A stretch of 64,000 nucleotides of DNA from Camelus dromedarius. Its lineage: Eukaryota. Below, one piece after another: positions 25,441 through 39,050 of the stretch; the stretch's first letter is position 1; each line of letters begins with the position of its first letter. The stretch spans positions 87,732,001 to 87,796,000 of the forward strand of contig NC_087437.1 in NCBI RefSeq assembly GCF_036321535.1, read 5' to 3'. Under the pieces are notes generated by a model. The model was not told the origin of the DNA. It saw nothing but the letters and a program-made list of their open reading frames with translations, and did no database searches. Position numbers and translations under genes: made by a program.

Positions 25441-27443
25441 AGTCTTAGAGACTCCGTATTTACTTAGTGGCTAATCAGAGATTGAATTTACAAATCTCTT
25501 TGGTATACAGTACTTCACTATATACTTAGCTTAATGAAACTCAGAGTCCAGGCTTATAAGAACTTAATCATTTAAGGGAGGCAAGACAATACTGAAGATG
25601 ATAGATACACATAAGTAAATAGATAAATAGGTAGATAGAAATATAAATAGAGATAGAATAAAATGTGTGGTGAGTTTCATGTCACTTTTAGACGTTAGAG
25701 AATATCTGAAATTTAAAAAAGCAACATGCCTTAAGTTTGCATCAAAACTAGGAGAAAACTGAGATCTGTTCTGAGCCCCACAGAAATCTGTACTTTTAAA
25801 ATGCATTGTTAAACTTAACTCTCACCCTTTGGTGTTTTCCTCATTAGTATTAATAAGGAGAAAACTTTCATCCTAATTATGGTAAGTTATCTTTCTCATT
25901 CATTTAAAGATAAGTGATAAATATAAGACTCAATTGTCTGTATAAGGAAATTTACAGTAAGTAATTTAAGGTAATAAGAAGTTACTTTCCAATACTACAC
26001 CACAAACATTTGTAATTTTAAACATTAAATGAGTCTTGCCCAATTCTCAGTTAAAATGGGAAATAGCTTTATTTTTGAAGACGTGTACATTTTATTCTAT
26101 TGCTGTTTCTTTAGCTCCATCTCTCTGAACATAAAAAAGTATTTTATAGATGACTAATGTTGGGCACCAAAGTCAAGTGTTTATCACCAAAATTCATAAA
26201 ACAAGCCACCACTGTGCTAAGAACTCATTGTGAAGTTGACTTCTTGTCCTTACAGCCAGGAAGTAATCAAATGGCAGCATTTTACAATAATAAAATTCAT
26301 ATCTAGGTTTAATATCTTACAATAATGAAAGTGGGAGACCAGAAATAAGAATAAAATGACTAAACTTGTAGGAAATAATTTATATTTAACTGAAAATAAG
26401 TTTTAGAGGTAATAACCAATGTCTATAATCTCATGAACAAATCATCTTGAAGATTTATTGAACAGCTGTCAATCAGCTACTAAAGAGAAGTTCCTTTAAA
26501 GGTCTGTAGTGGCAAGAGAGCTTCCTGACTGAACCAGTGGTTCACACTACAACAAATTATGGAAGAAAACCATGAGCTTCTATAACTAGAGATCTTTGTA
26601 AATGTCAGACTCCCGGTGATCTCAAGTATGGCTCTGATTTTCACATGCTTCCGTTGATTTCTGCATGGGCTACAAACGATCAGACTCTTTCATTTACAGC
26701 CATAGGAATAAATCACTATATAAAAGAAAACCCTCCCGATTTTGGGAATACATGGGAGTGGGTCATCTTCATGATATTCTAAACTTTGGAATTTTATTAA
26801 AGTTACTTCCCCAGTGCAGTTTTCATGATTTTACTCACAAAGCCTTCTTTTTGATATCAGTGGACCGCATTTGCCTGTGAAATAAAATGAATGCCTAAAC
26901 ATATTTAGTCATTTTGTGACAAAATTTGGATTCTTTCTTTGACTTTGGAGTTGATTTACTGACTTAGTCCAGATAGGATTTCTCAACTACTGTTGGGTGA
27001 AAGGCCTCTTGTGACACACAATGGTCCTAATTCATGTTCGGACAATGACACTAGGGCAGTTAAAAACACTTCACCCTGATGCAGTTGTTACGGAAGTTCG
27101 ATATTATCATTGCTTTTATAACTGTTCCTGTAGTAAAGGATGATTTGAGTTTTTATTGTTTCACTTTGTAAGTGACCAATAAAATGAATAATATACATCC
27201 TAATGTACGGTTAAAGACATGACCGCTGACTTTACTGGGAAATGAAACAAAAATAGAAATATGAAAAAAGAACCTGAAAGGAGAGAAAAAAAATAAAGGG
27301 ATCTTGTAATTAAATAACTTGCTCCCTAAATTATTTATATTTAACTTTGTGTAATATTATGCATGTATGCCACAATTTGTCTTAAAATAATTCTTGTCAC
27401 TTCGCAGTCTGCTAAATAAGCTAATTTTTTCTGTTTGCCTCAC

Positions 27444-27945
27444 TGTAGTGTAAGCACTTAACAATTAGCTTTTTTGATTGTAAGTACCTGTAAGCTTTTG
27501 ATTGTGAAGGCATTTACCTCAAAGACATCCATCTCAAAGAAACATACGGCCAACTACACAACAAGATAAAGAAACAGGCTGCTCCACCCATGAAATTCCT
27601 CTTTTACAAATCCTCAAGTGACCCAGATACTTGACTACTTGAATTAGGACAGGAGGGAAGGAGGCAGGGTACAACCATTGAAGGAATGACATAGCTATTG
27701 AGGACAAGACAAGCTGGTTACAAGCAAGATGGTGGAAGATTCGACTTCCAGTAGACCTTTAGCCTCATGGCATACCCACAGGTGCCATGACAATTCCTAG
27801 GCTGACCATAGAAGATCAAAAAAATGGGCAGAGGCCCTATTCTTGGAAATCCCTGCCCCTTCCCCAAAGTAGTTGGACTGATCCTCCTACTTATTAGCAT
27901 ACGAAATTACTGAGCCCATAAAAACTGACAGCTCCGCATCTTGTG

Positions 27946-27980
<35 letters not shown>

Positions 27981-28522
27981 TGCCTTCTGAGACAGCCTGC
28001 ACTCTGTCTATGGAGTGTGTATCTCCCTGAATAAACTTACTCTCACTTTACTATGCCTCACTCTTGAATTCTTTCCTGTGGGAGACAAGAACCTATTCTC
28101 TGGCAACAGAATGACCCTGCTTCTGTCTTTCAGTAATTTATTTCCTGCTCTGTTTTAAATTGATCGAGGTAGAGTGAACCAAAGAAACCCTAGGACCCTC
28201 ACCCTCAGGTGTAATAAAGGGAGAGCCCCAGATCTGCAAGCTCTCTCTCTCTCTGCCCGAGATTTCTCTGTGTGGCCCCAGGCAGGCCATACACCCTCCA
28301 GGACACTTGTATGAATTAATGAAACTTGTTTTTTCGAAGTTCCCTCTTGGTTGTTGCTGAGGCATGGCTGGTGATTGTAACAAGAATCACAAGGGCCAGT
28401 CCAGCTACAACATTGGCTTTGGTCGGAGAACTGTCTGTGGGGGCTCATCACAAATAGGGGAGGGCCAGGTGAGCGCCCCAGGCGTTCCTAGCTGACAGCA
28501 GCACTATTGATGGGTTACAACA
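27444..28522 (+). mobile_element. Outer ERV solo LTR, split by a nested LTR
   Basis: tgtagtg...ttacaaca termini; TATA-like taataaaggg followed by a (ct)n tract and aatgaaacttg; reads continuously once 27645-28112 is removed. Confidence 0.65.
27645..28108 (+). mobile_element. Inner ERV1-like solo LTR
   Basis: cccataaaa TATA-like box, (CT)n tract, aataaac poly(A) signal, ttgaattctttcctgtgggagacaagaacc, 3' caaca; flanked by gaat (27641-27644, 28109-28112). Confidence 0.85.
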
Positions 28523-31500
28523 CAAAATGCTCCCTTTTTATAATTTGGTACTGAGATAATTTAAAATATGAAAAATTCCAATGATTAGAGAAAAGTTTTC
28601 ATTGTACCCAGACACCTAGACATCTCCTCCTCCCCAATCTCTGAAGTGACAGAAATCATTTTCACGTGTAATAGAAACAGCTATTTAGCAGGGAACACCA
28701 TCTTGCCTTAGCCAATCCTGACTCTGGGCAGCTAATTTGAATAGTTAGTTAATTTCTGCAAGCAGCCCCTTCCATTTTCCCAGAAAATGAGGGGAAGCCT
28801 AGATTGGAAGCAAAGGAGGAACAGAGTAGGGAAAGATAGGCAAATATGGAAATAGAGTGGATAACTGCTGAGGCGTGGCTAATCAGAAAGGACACTCCAT
28901 GCATATTATGGACCCATTGTGATAATAAAATTGGAATAAAATTGCCTACCCAAACCACTTGAGACACTCTGCATCTTTAATTTTTAAAGTTATGAAGACA
29001 CTTGACACAGAAGGGGATCAATTATCATGAGTTTGCGTGCAAATACTTACTTAAGCAAGGCAGTGGGTCAGAGTCAGTAGGAAAATTGCAGGCTTGCAGC
29101 CACGTAATGGCAACTAATTACACTATTCCAGGGCCCCTTTCCAATGGTCTCAGTTGGCAGTAATGGTCATGGCTGATTTATTTTGAATCACATTCAGGGC
29201 TCTGAAGTTATGATAAATTTATATGTTTGCTAAAGAAAACTGGTTCTGATAATGAATCCACCAAAACATGAAAACAAAAGGGAGTCCCTCCAGTTAACTT
29301 GTTAGATGCTCAGATCTTTGAGATAAATGGTTTGGCACCATTTCAGAATGGAATAGAGTTGTCTGGGATGGGATAGAAGTAGCTCTCAGATCACAGTAGC
29401 CTCTCTTACAAAACCTTGAACACATACATTTCAGAAGATGAGAATTTCGACTGTCTCCCCTGAATGGGACGGTTAATAGAGTGCTTTATTTCATGTGAAA
29501 TAAAATAATAGGGTGCTTTTCTTTATGTAAATAACACTTTTGAGGGTTTGTTCAGGCACTGGCTTGGCTCTGAATTATCAAGGCAAATTCACATTTTATT
29601 TTATTGTGCTATCCATTATTCAGCTGATTTAGTGGGGAAGTTTTTACTCTTTTTTTTGTTCTGTCCCCACAAAGTCTTGAGGGATGTAAAATCTGAGGGA
29701 AAAAAACCAACAAACTGATCTGATAGACAAGGAAACTGAAATTCATTATTGACTTCAAGAAAACAAAGCATTAGAAGCTAAATGAGTGTTGTCAGACTTG
29801 TGCTGAACAGTAAAAATGGCAAACCCATTACTGTCTACATTTCCTTAAGGAAAAACTTAATCTCTCTCACACTATTGCCTATGTGAAAACTACAGAAGAA
29901 GACCTGACATCTGAAGACTGAGTGTTCCTTTTCTTTTTTCTATTTCTTCTCTCTTAGCAATTTGCCCATTAAGGAGTGAATTTAGCACGGGTGCATGGAT
30001 TGCTTTCTCTTTCTGTTCTACTGAGTGTACTGTTTTAATGCATATTTGAAAATTAATCCATTACATATAAAAATAAGTCCATTACATGGTATTTCCCTGA
30101 ATCTCTTCCAAAGGATAGCACCTTTACAGTAAATAAAGCTTTGCTTAAGAAAGCCCTAAGCCATAAAAATAAAGTGTAAGATCTCAGCCTGCATGGCCAC
30201 CTGCGCCACCACCTACACTATGGGTGGACGTGATATGCTGACCTCCATCAGATGCAGTGACTATGATGCCCCAAATGGAGAGAGATTATTGTCAGCACTA
30301 CATATGCCACCAAGCAGCTGATCAGATTTCAGGGTCAGCTCCTCGCTTTGAATACAGAAGCAAAATCTTGTTTGGGATCAATCCTTAAAAATGTAAAATA
30401 TACATAGTCGCACATTCAGTATAATAAATGTTACAAGAAATGCATAAATCTGTATTCAGAATCTCCCCTCTTTTTTCTACCTTTTTTGAAGTTTTCACTT
30501 TATTTCTTTCTGAAATTTACAGTCTACTCGAACTAGGAAAAGAATGTTGGCACCGTGCAGGGTAATACCTGGTCCAACGTGGAGTAAATGATTCCATGCT
30601 GGCGTCCTCAGATCCACACGGAGTTGGCAGAGGTAGGATTGGAAAGCCACCAGGCTCTATTGATACGTGGGCCAATACAGTTAGGACAAGTAGTAGTTTT
30701 TCTTTCTTCCATCCGCTCTGTGGTCTACTTAGGGGTGGAAGGCTGTTAGCAGTGGGATAGGAACTAACAGCATTACATGCTACAAAGAGCAATCGCCTGA
30801 GCAATTTTCCTAAGCCAGAGCCAAAGCAAAGCAAATGCAGTACTCCCCCTGGCCTCCCCGTCAGCCACATGAGAGCGGAGCTGCATGGTGATCTGCACAG
30901 GGCGAATTCCGTGACAGAAACTGAATTCTGTGGCCAATTGCATGGCGGCATCAGTCTGCCTCAAGTGCAGAATTTAAATATTGAACACTACATACATTTT
31001 TTTCCTTTTCAAGGGCTCTCAAAAGTACTTTTAATAGCATAAGTGTATTTGCTTGACTTCTTTGAAAGAAAACACCTTTCAGTAAAAGAAAAATGCACAA
31101 TGTTATTTGGAAATATTAGTAGCACATTATGGTTTGGTATTTTAATAGCAAGTCCAGTGAGACAATGGCCCAAAAGCCCATCTTAAAAGTATTCAGTCTT
31201 ACATTCTTCAGCGAAAATATGGACAAAATATTCCCTGAGATTTAACTGTTCAATGTAGAGTGCTCTTTCTCCCTTTTTAAAATGTTATATATTTCAAAAA
31301 ATTACCTCTTCACTTCTAAAGAGATAAGGGGAAAATGAAATGGAAAAGTTCAACTGACAGCCAAACCTTTTATAGATAACACCTAAAGCAACTGCTCTTT
31401 CCACAACCCGTGCCTGAAAATACAAGCAAATTGCATTCATTCAATCTAAATGTTCAAAATATACATAATCCATGTGTGTTAGGTAAGTAACTACCCACAC

Positions 31501-31789
31501 TTTACTTTCTTCTTTTGCTTCAGGTTTTGAATAGAATTTTACTGTTCACATTTCAAAGTCAAAGCTACATAATCATGATAGCTATTTAGTTCATATTTTC
31601 ATATTTGTATTAGCATTTTTTATATCTTAAACTCATTCAGGTTTACTTTCTTATATTTAAAAATTTTACATATAATATAGAAAGCAGTGATTGTTTTCAT
31701 AAAGAAATTGTCCTCATACAAAGTCAAAATAAAGCAAAGTCAGAATAAAGTTGAGCAATTACTGAGATTAAAACATTATATATTGCTTA

Positions 31790-31990
31790 TTTCATGAAAC
31801 TGTAGAATCTTAAAGCCAGAAGATACTCTTAGAAATCATCTAATTTAACTCTCTTCATTTTCTAGGTGAGAAAGAAAAAATAAGGTTCAGAAGAAAGAAA
31901 TGATCTGCTTATGATCACATGGCTAGCAAATGACAAAGCAGACATCAGACTCTTCAGACTTTCAATCTTGAAATATTTTTTCATTCTACA
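31790..31990 (-). mobile_element. MIR SINE remnant
   Basis: cttagaaatcatctaatttaactctcttcattttctaggtgagaaa...atgatcacatggctag. Confidence 0.75.
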
Positions 31991-32089
31991 AGCTCCCTAA
32001 TGAAGTATAGATTAAAACAGGGTAATAAATACAAGATAGATAAATGGGTGCCCAGGACCAACTAAATCAGGAGAGTGCAAAATAAAGGA

Positions 32090-32480
32090 AAAGTCCCAAC
32101 AGGAAATAGATGATACTCACAAATTTGGATGATTGGAAGAGGATCTAATAAATGAACTGTTTACCAAGGAGTGAGCAGGGTAAAAAGAAATCACAAGGGA
32201 TATCACCAGAGTCCAGGACTAGAAAAAACTTGTGTTCTTACTATTCCTACGCCTGACCTGAGAAAGAACATGTGGTTCCTGGAAGCCAAAGAGAAGATCC
32301 TGTATGGAGAATTACTTCAACAAGAGCTCTGACCTGTGGTCAAGAGGCAAAGCCAACGTGAGGTGATGACTAGAGGGGAGGGGACCTCTTAATATATTTA
32401 TTGTCCAAGAAGATCAGTCCCCCGGGACAGGGAGCAGAATGGGAAAGGGCAAAGTGCAGGTCTAAAAGAGTAAGTGAAGG
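32090..32480 (-). mobile_element. Ancient LTR (LTR78/LTR79-like)
   Basis: gtcccaacaggaaatagatgatactcacaaatttggatgattggaagaggatctaataaatgaactgtttaccaagg, a remembered consensus resemblance. Confidence 0.55.
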
Positions 32481-33449
32481 CATGTAGGTGAAGTGTGAAC
32501 AAAGAAATGACAGGTTAAAAGCTAAAAGAGAAACAGACATCAATTTTAAAATTAGGAGCAAAAAAGCATTAACTCAGTGCAAGAGGCAGACCAGAGAGAA
32601 TGAGAAAGTTGTGTCAGATACCTAATAGATTGTAAAGTCAAATTTCTGGAAAGAGAGAAAAAGAAGAGTAAATGGAGAGGAGGAGGGAAAAGTCAGACAG
32701 AGAAGGCTGAGGGTGTGATGGGTATAAACAAAGTTTGCAGAAAAAAACAAATCCTTTGTTCATGTAAACCTGTTCCAATCACTCCTGGGCTACAGAGAAA
32801 GTTCTATTGGGCTCTATTGTTCTAATATATATGCAATATTAAACATGTAAGCTTCAGGTGAATACTGAGACTTTCCAAAAATATGTTCACTTCATCCAAA
32901 ATCCTTTCCTTTTCCTTGCTTGGCACAGGGGACTTTTGCAGCGTTTTTCCTGGTGTTTAGTTAGCTCACTTTCCTAGCCTTCCGCTATGTGCCTGTGCAG
33001 CCCCTGCCACTACCAGTCTCACACACTTTCTGAACTGCCATCCGTGTGAATCTTCCTCAAGACTACCCCTCGCAGAGACCACACACATCCTACACCTTTT
33101 CCTTGTCCACCACTTTCCTTCTGCTATTGCTCTGTGTTGCCTCTGGTTATTTAGGATTTGATTTCCTCCACAGGAACCCTCAAGCTATACAGAAAACAAA
33201 AACCAGAAATAAATCAAGCTTGTAGGGTTTGTGTTGCAATATTATCAGGAAAGACTAGAATGTGCTGGAAGTCTCCATGTGTTTCTCTGCCCCTATACAT
33301 ACCCTTTTTCTTCCACTAGCAAAGCATCATTTCCAACTTCTTTCCAGATATCTTTTTTTTTGCCATCAGAACAGGCTTCCTTTGCTAAGATATTTACCAA
33401 ACTCAGAATGAAATCTTTTTTGCTTACAGTTTAATTTAGGACTATGCTG

Positions 33450-33645
33450 TCATCTGCCTAGAGTTTTGATTTTTTTGAGATCTCATTGGCCCCTCTAAGC
33501 CTCAGTTCCTGTATCTACAAAAGGTAAATAATAATAGCTTCTTCTTCATGGGTTGTTAAAATGATATGAGACAATTACATAAAGTGCTGACCACAGCACT
33601 GCAAATAATAAAAGCTCCTTAAATGTTAACTATTATTATTATTGC
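33450..33645 (+). mobile_element. MIR SINE remnant
   Basis: ctctaagcctcagttcctgtatctacaaaagg...ataatagc...aaatgttaactattatt. Confidence 0.8.
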
Positions 33646-34239
33646 TCTCTAAATGGCTGTCCATGATGGGTTGATGATTTATTGTGAAAGACGATAATGA
33701 AACAAGCTAAGGGTCAAGGCTGCTCTCCCAAGGATGAAGATGAAAGAACAATGCCACCCCCATTATAATCCCTTGATATCAATGAGTAAGATACAGCTAA
33801 TGACAAGTTAGTCTTTTTCTCAGAAATGACACATATTTATCTCCATCAATCAGATTAGCCAGCTCAAAATAGTTACATTTTTTAATGGTGACCTTATTTT
33901 TCAAGAGCTTGTGCTTAATGAATCATATTTGGGACATTCAATTTAATCTTGAAAAAAACTAATAGAAATATTGCAGAGTATAGCCCCACAGAGATTTTGA
34001 AAGTCTTCGAGAAATAATTTTGCAAACAGATTATCAAATGCATGATTGTATTGGAAAAGACCTCTGTGCTATAAGCACACAACTGAAGGAGGAATATAGG
34101 TCAGCTGATTGAAATGAAAACTATGGTCTGAGACTGAAATAGGACTAACAGAACCATACAAAACAAGCCAAATTAAAACCACACCAGATTATTCATGAGA
34201 TAATTAGTGCATACAGGAAAATAATTAAATATAGCCCTT

Positions 34240-35130
34240 TTTAAAAAATTGGTTTATATTGGAAAATACAGAAAAGTAATCTAACAAACATATTGTAATC
34301 ACCTATCAGATTTAATAAATATGTTATCACACTTTCTTTGGATAATTCTGGAAAGACATAAAACAGTGAAGCTTTGATCAAAGTCCTTTTTGTACAGCCT
34401 AATTGATGCTCTTCCATGTCATCCATTCGTCTTGCATCCCAGACATAATCACCATTCTGAAATGGAAATACATCCTTTCTGTCCACGTCTTCATATTTTT
34501 ACATACAAATATATAAGATTTATGTGTATGTCGACATACAACATTTTTTTTAATTTGTTTTTTGCAAGGAGGAGATAATTAGGTTTATTTATTGATTTGA
34601 TTTTTCTGAGGAGGTACTGGGGATTGAACCCAGGACCCAGGCATGCGAGGCATGTGCTCCACCACTTGAGCTATACCCTCCCCTCTACAACATATATTAT
34701 TTTTATGTGTTTCAAAATTTTAAATAACAGATATAATGTTGTAAGAATTTGCCTTTTTCTTTCAATGTTTCTCTGTTTATTTTCATTATTCATTGTGACT
34801 GTTGTGTATAATTTTATCCACTTGTGATGATGAATATTTAGGTTGCTTTTCAATTTTTTTTTCTATAAACAACAATGTCACATTGAATACCCTTGTGCGT
34901 ATTTTCTCATGCACACATGCAAGAGTTGTTCTGAAGTAAATACAGCACTTAGGAGTAGAAGGTTGGATCCTGAACAACCTTCCTAGATATTGCCAGATTG
35001 TTCTCGAAACCTGCTGTACCAATTTATGCAACCACTACCAACATAAAAGGATTCACTCTAGTCCATATCCTCACCAGCACACGATGTTATAAGAAAAAAT
35101 GTTTTTAACATTTATTGTTCTGGTGAATGT
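34240..35130 (-). mobile_element. Old L1 3' region (L1ME/MD-like) interrupted by a SINE
   Basis: gaatatttaggttgctttcaatt; gatattgccagattgttctc; ccatatcctcaccagcac. Confidence 0.75.
34545..34685 (-). mobile_element. tRNA-derived SINE, camelid Vic-1-like (long tail)
   Basis: Reverse complement ggggagggtatagctcaagtggtggagcacatgcctcgcatgcctgggtcctgggttcaatccccagtacctcc with intact A/B boxes; TSD tacaacat (34537-34544, 34686-34693). Confidence 0.92.
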
Positions 35131-36501
35131 GTGATCAAATAACATTGTTTAGATTTTTATGTAAAAGCCAAATTGAAACAAATTTTCAAATGCATTTCTT
35201 TTAAGCAGTAAATCACTGGGTTAGGGATTTAAGGTAGCTTACTGAATTTCCATTTAACCCATTTTGGACCTATTTGGAATGTTACCGTGGATGATATTAC
35301 AATGAGTTGTCCAAAAAGTGACGAGTGAAACATAGATTCTTTTTCTTTCCAAAGCAGAGGAAGACGGTTGCTCTGTTCCATTTTTCTCATGCCCAGAATT
35401 CCCTGGACCTTTAACAAGAGCTGACTTAACTGTAAGTCAGAACTTTTTTAGTTAATTTATACTTTTGTAAATAGTAACATCCTTAGAAATCCTGTTTTCT
35501 TCCTATTCCTCTCTTCCCTCTCCCCGACCTCCTCCTTTTTCTCCTGTTGACCTTTTTTTCCCTCATAATAAAAGCCCACTTAAATGTTACCACTCAGTTG
35601 TGAAGTTGCATCAGTTAGCCTCTTCTTAAAAGTAGCAGAGACCTCCACTTTCCACAGAAACTTTGCATTTGAATCTTTCCATTAATACAGCAGCAGGATT
35701 TGAATGTTTCATTAACTCTTCATTTGGAGTTTGACAATCCTAATAAACCTGTCTTTCTCCTAAAAGGCGGTCTTTATTCAATCATTCATATTTCCATTAT
35801 AGCAATGTTCTGAATAAAATTTTCTACAAAAAGTATCTTTTGTTTCTAAAGTTAGTCCCTAGAAGATAGTTTTTTTTTTAAATGAAATAGCTATAAGATG
35901 CCATACACCATCAAGAACTATGTCAAATCAGGATTCTTAACTAATGGGCTTCTGTTTCATTGTATTGTTGATGTTCACGTAATTATGTAGGTTGTATATG
36001 CATATGGTCATAATTTTACTTAAATACTGACAGTTTACTGGTGTCAATCATATTTTTAAAATTATAAAGAGGATTTAAGCTTTTGTGAAAGCATCAGAAT
36101 GTAGTTCTCTAAATATGCTATTTTATTATTAATTTTATGACTTTATATTTGACTTTTATGATTTATACTTTATTGATTTCTTAAAAGCAAAGAGCAATAG
36201 TATTAAATATTTTGTCTTTTTTCTCCTAAATCAACTTATATACTTCTCAACAACCTTTGATGATTTCCTATTATTTTTTATCATATAAAAAATAAAACAA
36301 ATAAAACTTTGCCTAAATTTCAAGACCCTCGATACCTAAACCAACATATTTGCACTGAGTCATCTTCTGTTATTTCTCTGTACATACTCTACAACTCAGC
36401 CAATGTCTTACCAATTTCTTACCTTTGTTCATTAAAAACAATTTATACTTTTTATATCCCTCTGCATCATGGACCTACTATAACCTTGACATAAACACTT
36501 T

Positions 36502-36967
36502 TACATTAGTTTCCTATTGCTGATACAACAAACTAACATAAATTTAGTTGCTTAGACCAACACAAATTTCTTATCTTACAGTTCTGTAGGTTTGAAGTCC
36601 AACACAGGTCTTGCTAAGCTAAAATCAAGGTGTCATCAGGGTTGTGTTCGTCTCCCAGTTCCTGGAGGCCACCTATATTCCTTGCCTTGTGGCCTTCTGC
36701 CATCTTCCAAGCCAGCAATGTTACAATTTTCTGATCATTCTTCTGAAGTCATAGCTCCTTTTCTCTTAGAATGCTAAGACAGCTTCTTCAATTTTGAGGA
36801 CGCATGTAATTAGATTCAGTTTATCTGAATAATCTAGCTAATCTCATCCCAAGTTCCTTAATTTAATCACTTCTGAAAAATCCATTTTGCCAGGTATAAT
36901 AACATATCTATGGATTCCAGAGATTGGCACTTGGACTTTTTGGAGACCCATTCTTCTGCCTGCCACA
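36502..36967 (-). mobile_element. MaLR LTR (MLT1B/C/D-like)
   Basis: tacattagtttcctattgctg...caacacaaatttcttatcttacagttctgtagg...ccattcttctgcctgccaca. Confidence 0.88.
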
Positions 36968-38879
36968 GCTTTCTTCTATTCCTGCCACCTCACAAATTTT
37001 CCTCTTTACCCATAGAATCAGAGCATGTAGTGAGTGGTTCAAACTAAAGAAAAGTCATTCAATTCAACCTACCATTTCACAGGTAAGTCTAAGAGTCTCA
37101 CTGCTAACCCATAGTAGATTTTTAGCAAATATTTGTTAAATGCTGAATGAAATAACTTGTTTTTCTAGGCCCAGCTCAGATAATAACTTTCTTTGAAGCC
37201 TCAATTATTCCAGCTTCAATAGACTTCTCTCCCAAAATTTCTGTAATATTTATCATTTGATCATTAAATTGTGATCTATAATTTATTTTATAGGAAGACA
37301 AATATTACTTTTCTACTCTTGGATATTATAACTAGTAAATGTTTCATTTTACGATGTGTCTATTTTATGATAATATCTTATACTTCTTATTTCAGCTTTC
37401 AACCGTTTTGTTGTGCACTCACCGTATTTTATGTGCTATGTTTTACTAGTCTGGGTCAGTTCCAAGCCTAAAGGCAAGACCTGCTCCCCAGTTCATTTTC
37501 CTTTCTGAGCTCACCTTTGTAATTCCCCTCACCAGAAAGCGTACTAGAGCAGGAGACCTTGCACAGGGCAGATTTTTCCATTCTGTTTTCTTTTCCAGCA
37601 TTCCTGATTGCAACTGGAGTGTCAACTCAGGTTCAATAATCCTCTGGGCCCAGCTGCCTTTAATTCAAGAGGTAGTCAGTCTCACTTCCATCTCAGGCTA
37701 TGTTCCTGTCATATTATTTTTTTCTCCCAGGAAGACTCAGTTTTATTTATCACAGTCAAGCCCAATGTTTAGCACATTATCTGCATATAGTAGGCACTTA
37801 ATGAACATTGATCAAAGGAATAGACAAAAGGATGAAAGAAATATTGACATGAAAATTAAACTCTCATTAGTGTGTCCAAACTTTGGGTGCGGGAGCAGAG
37901 TGGGTAGGTAGCTTTGTCTACTCCACTTGTCTCAACCCACCCTGGATACTCATTCCTGAAAATCCCTTGCGTTGGTGATAATATATTTTTTAAGATGTAG
38001 ATGTAATTTTTTTCAGATGTTAAAAGTCAATAAATTGTCTTCTAAAAACACTAATGCAAAAGCCCAAGACAACCATTTTGGCCCAAGAATGAAGAAATAA
38101 AATCTTATGTAACAAAATTCACAGTAACAAAATTATTCTAAAAGTATTTTAAAATGTTTTCAGTCTTTAAGTATTTTGGGGTTCCTCTTATACCTCCCTC
38201 TAAAATGACTTTATTCAAAAATACCACATATATCAACACTAATGTCTTATCAAGTTAGTGTTTTGTATACTTTTTTTGTATGTCCTTCTCTGACAGATCT
38301 TGAATTCCTGATGTGTCTAACACAGCTTTACATTCTTAAAACCTAGGACAGTTTCTATTTCTTTTTTTAAAAATTAAATAAATGCGTAAGTTCCTATCTC
38401 ACTTGGTTTCATGCCTCCCTGAGATATCTACTGAGCATTAATCTGTGCAAAGGACTGTGAGATCTGCATATGTTTCCCACTATCATGGAATAAGTATGAC
38501 AAACAACTCCAAATAGAGAAATTATCATTCTCTATACACAAAGCCCCCAGTTATAGATAAATCAAGATGTCCTTTCTAGTGTCCCAAGACTTCATGGCCA
38601 GATTAGCTTTCAACTTGTAATTATTAAATAAAGCATCCTGGTGTCTAAATTTGATGTCTATGGTTTCTCTTCCTATTAAAAAATGCTGCCCTCTTCTAAA
38701 AGACTACTTGGATGGAAAATGTTGCATTGAGAAAGATGGAATATATATCTTGGTACATATTTTTAAATGTTTAAGTCATAAAAACCCCTAATTTATTTTA
38801 GGATTAATTTATCTAACTAGGGCTTGGATTTAAATAATTTTTAAATGATGGAAGTTTCTGCATTTCTATTAGTCAGTGA

Positions 38880-39050
38880 CTCTAGCATTATTATTCTTTA
38901 CAACTTTAAGAGTTCAAGGACAGAGAGAAAGTATATTTTTCTTCCTGGTTCACTGATGATGAAACAGGAGCATGAGATTTTTAAGTATCTTATTCTAAGT
39001 CACATAATGAGTCCTGATTAAAATCACTGTTGGAAATCAAAGCTTTTTTG
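38880..39050 (-). mobile_element. MIR SINE remnant
   Basis: cactgatgatgaaacaggagcatgagatttttaagtatcttattctaagtcaca. Confidence 0.55.

Noticed and set aside
30194..30212. CTCF-like tggccacctgcgccacc
   Set aside because: Matches only the AGGTGGC half and lacks the 5' CC of the core, so it is too weak to call
34610..34685. tRNA-like sequence with A and B boxes
   Set aside because: SINE head with tail and TSD; no complete cloverleaf acceptor stem
37070..37090. Plus-strand cacag|gtaagt recursive-splice-like motif
   Set aside because: Appears to derive from a MIR core (ccattttacag...), with a short pyrimidine tract
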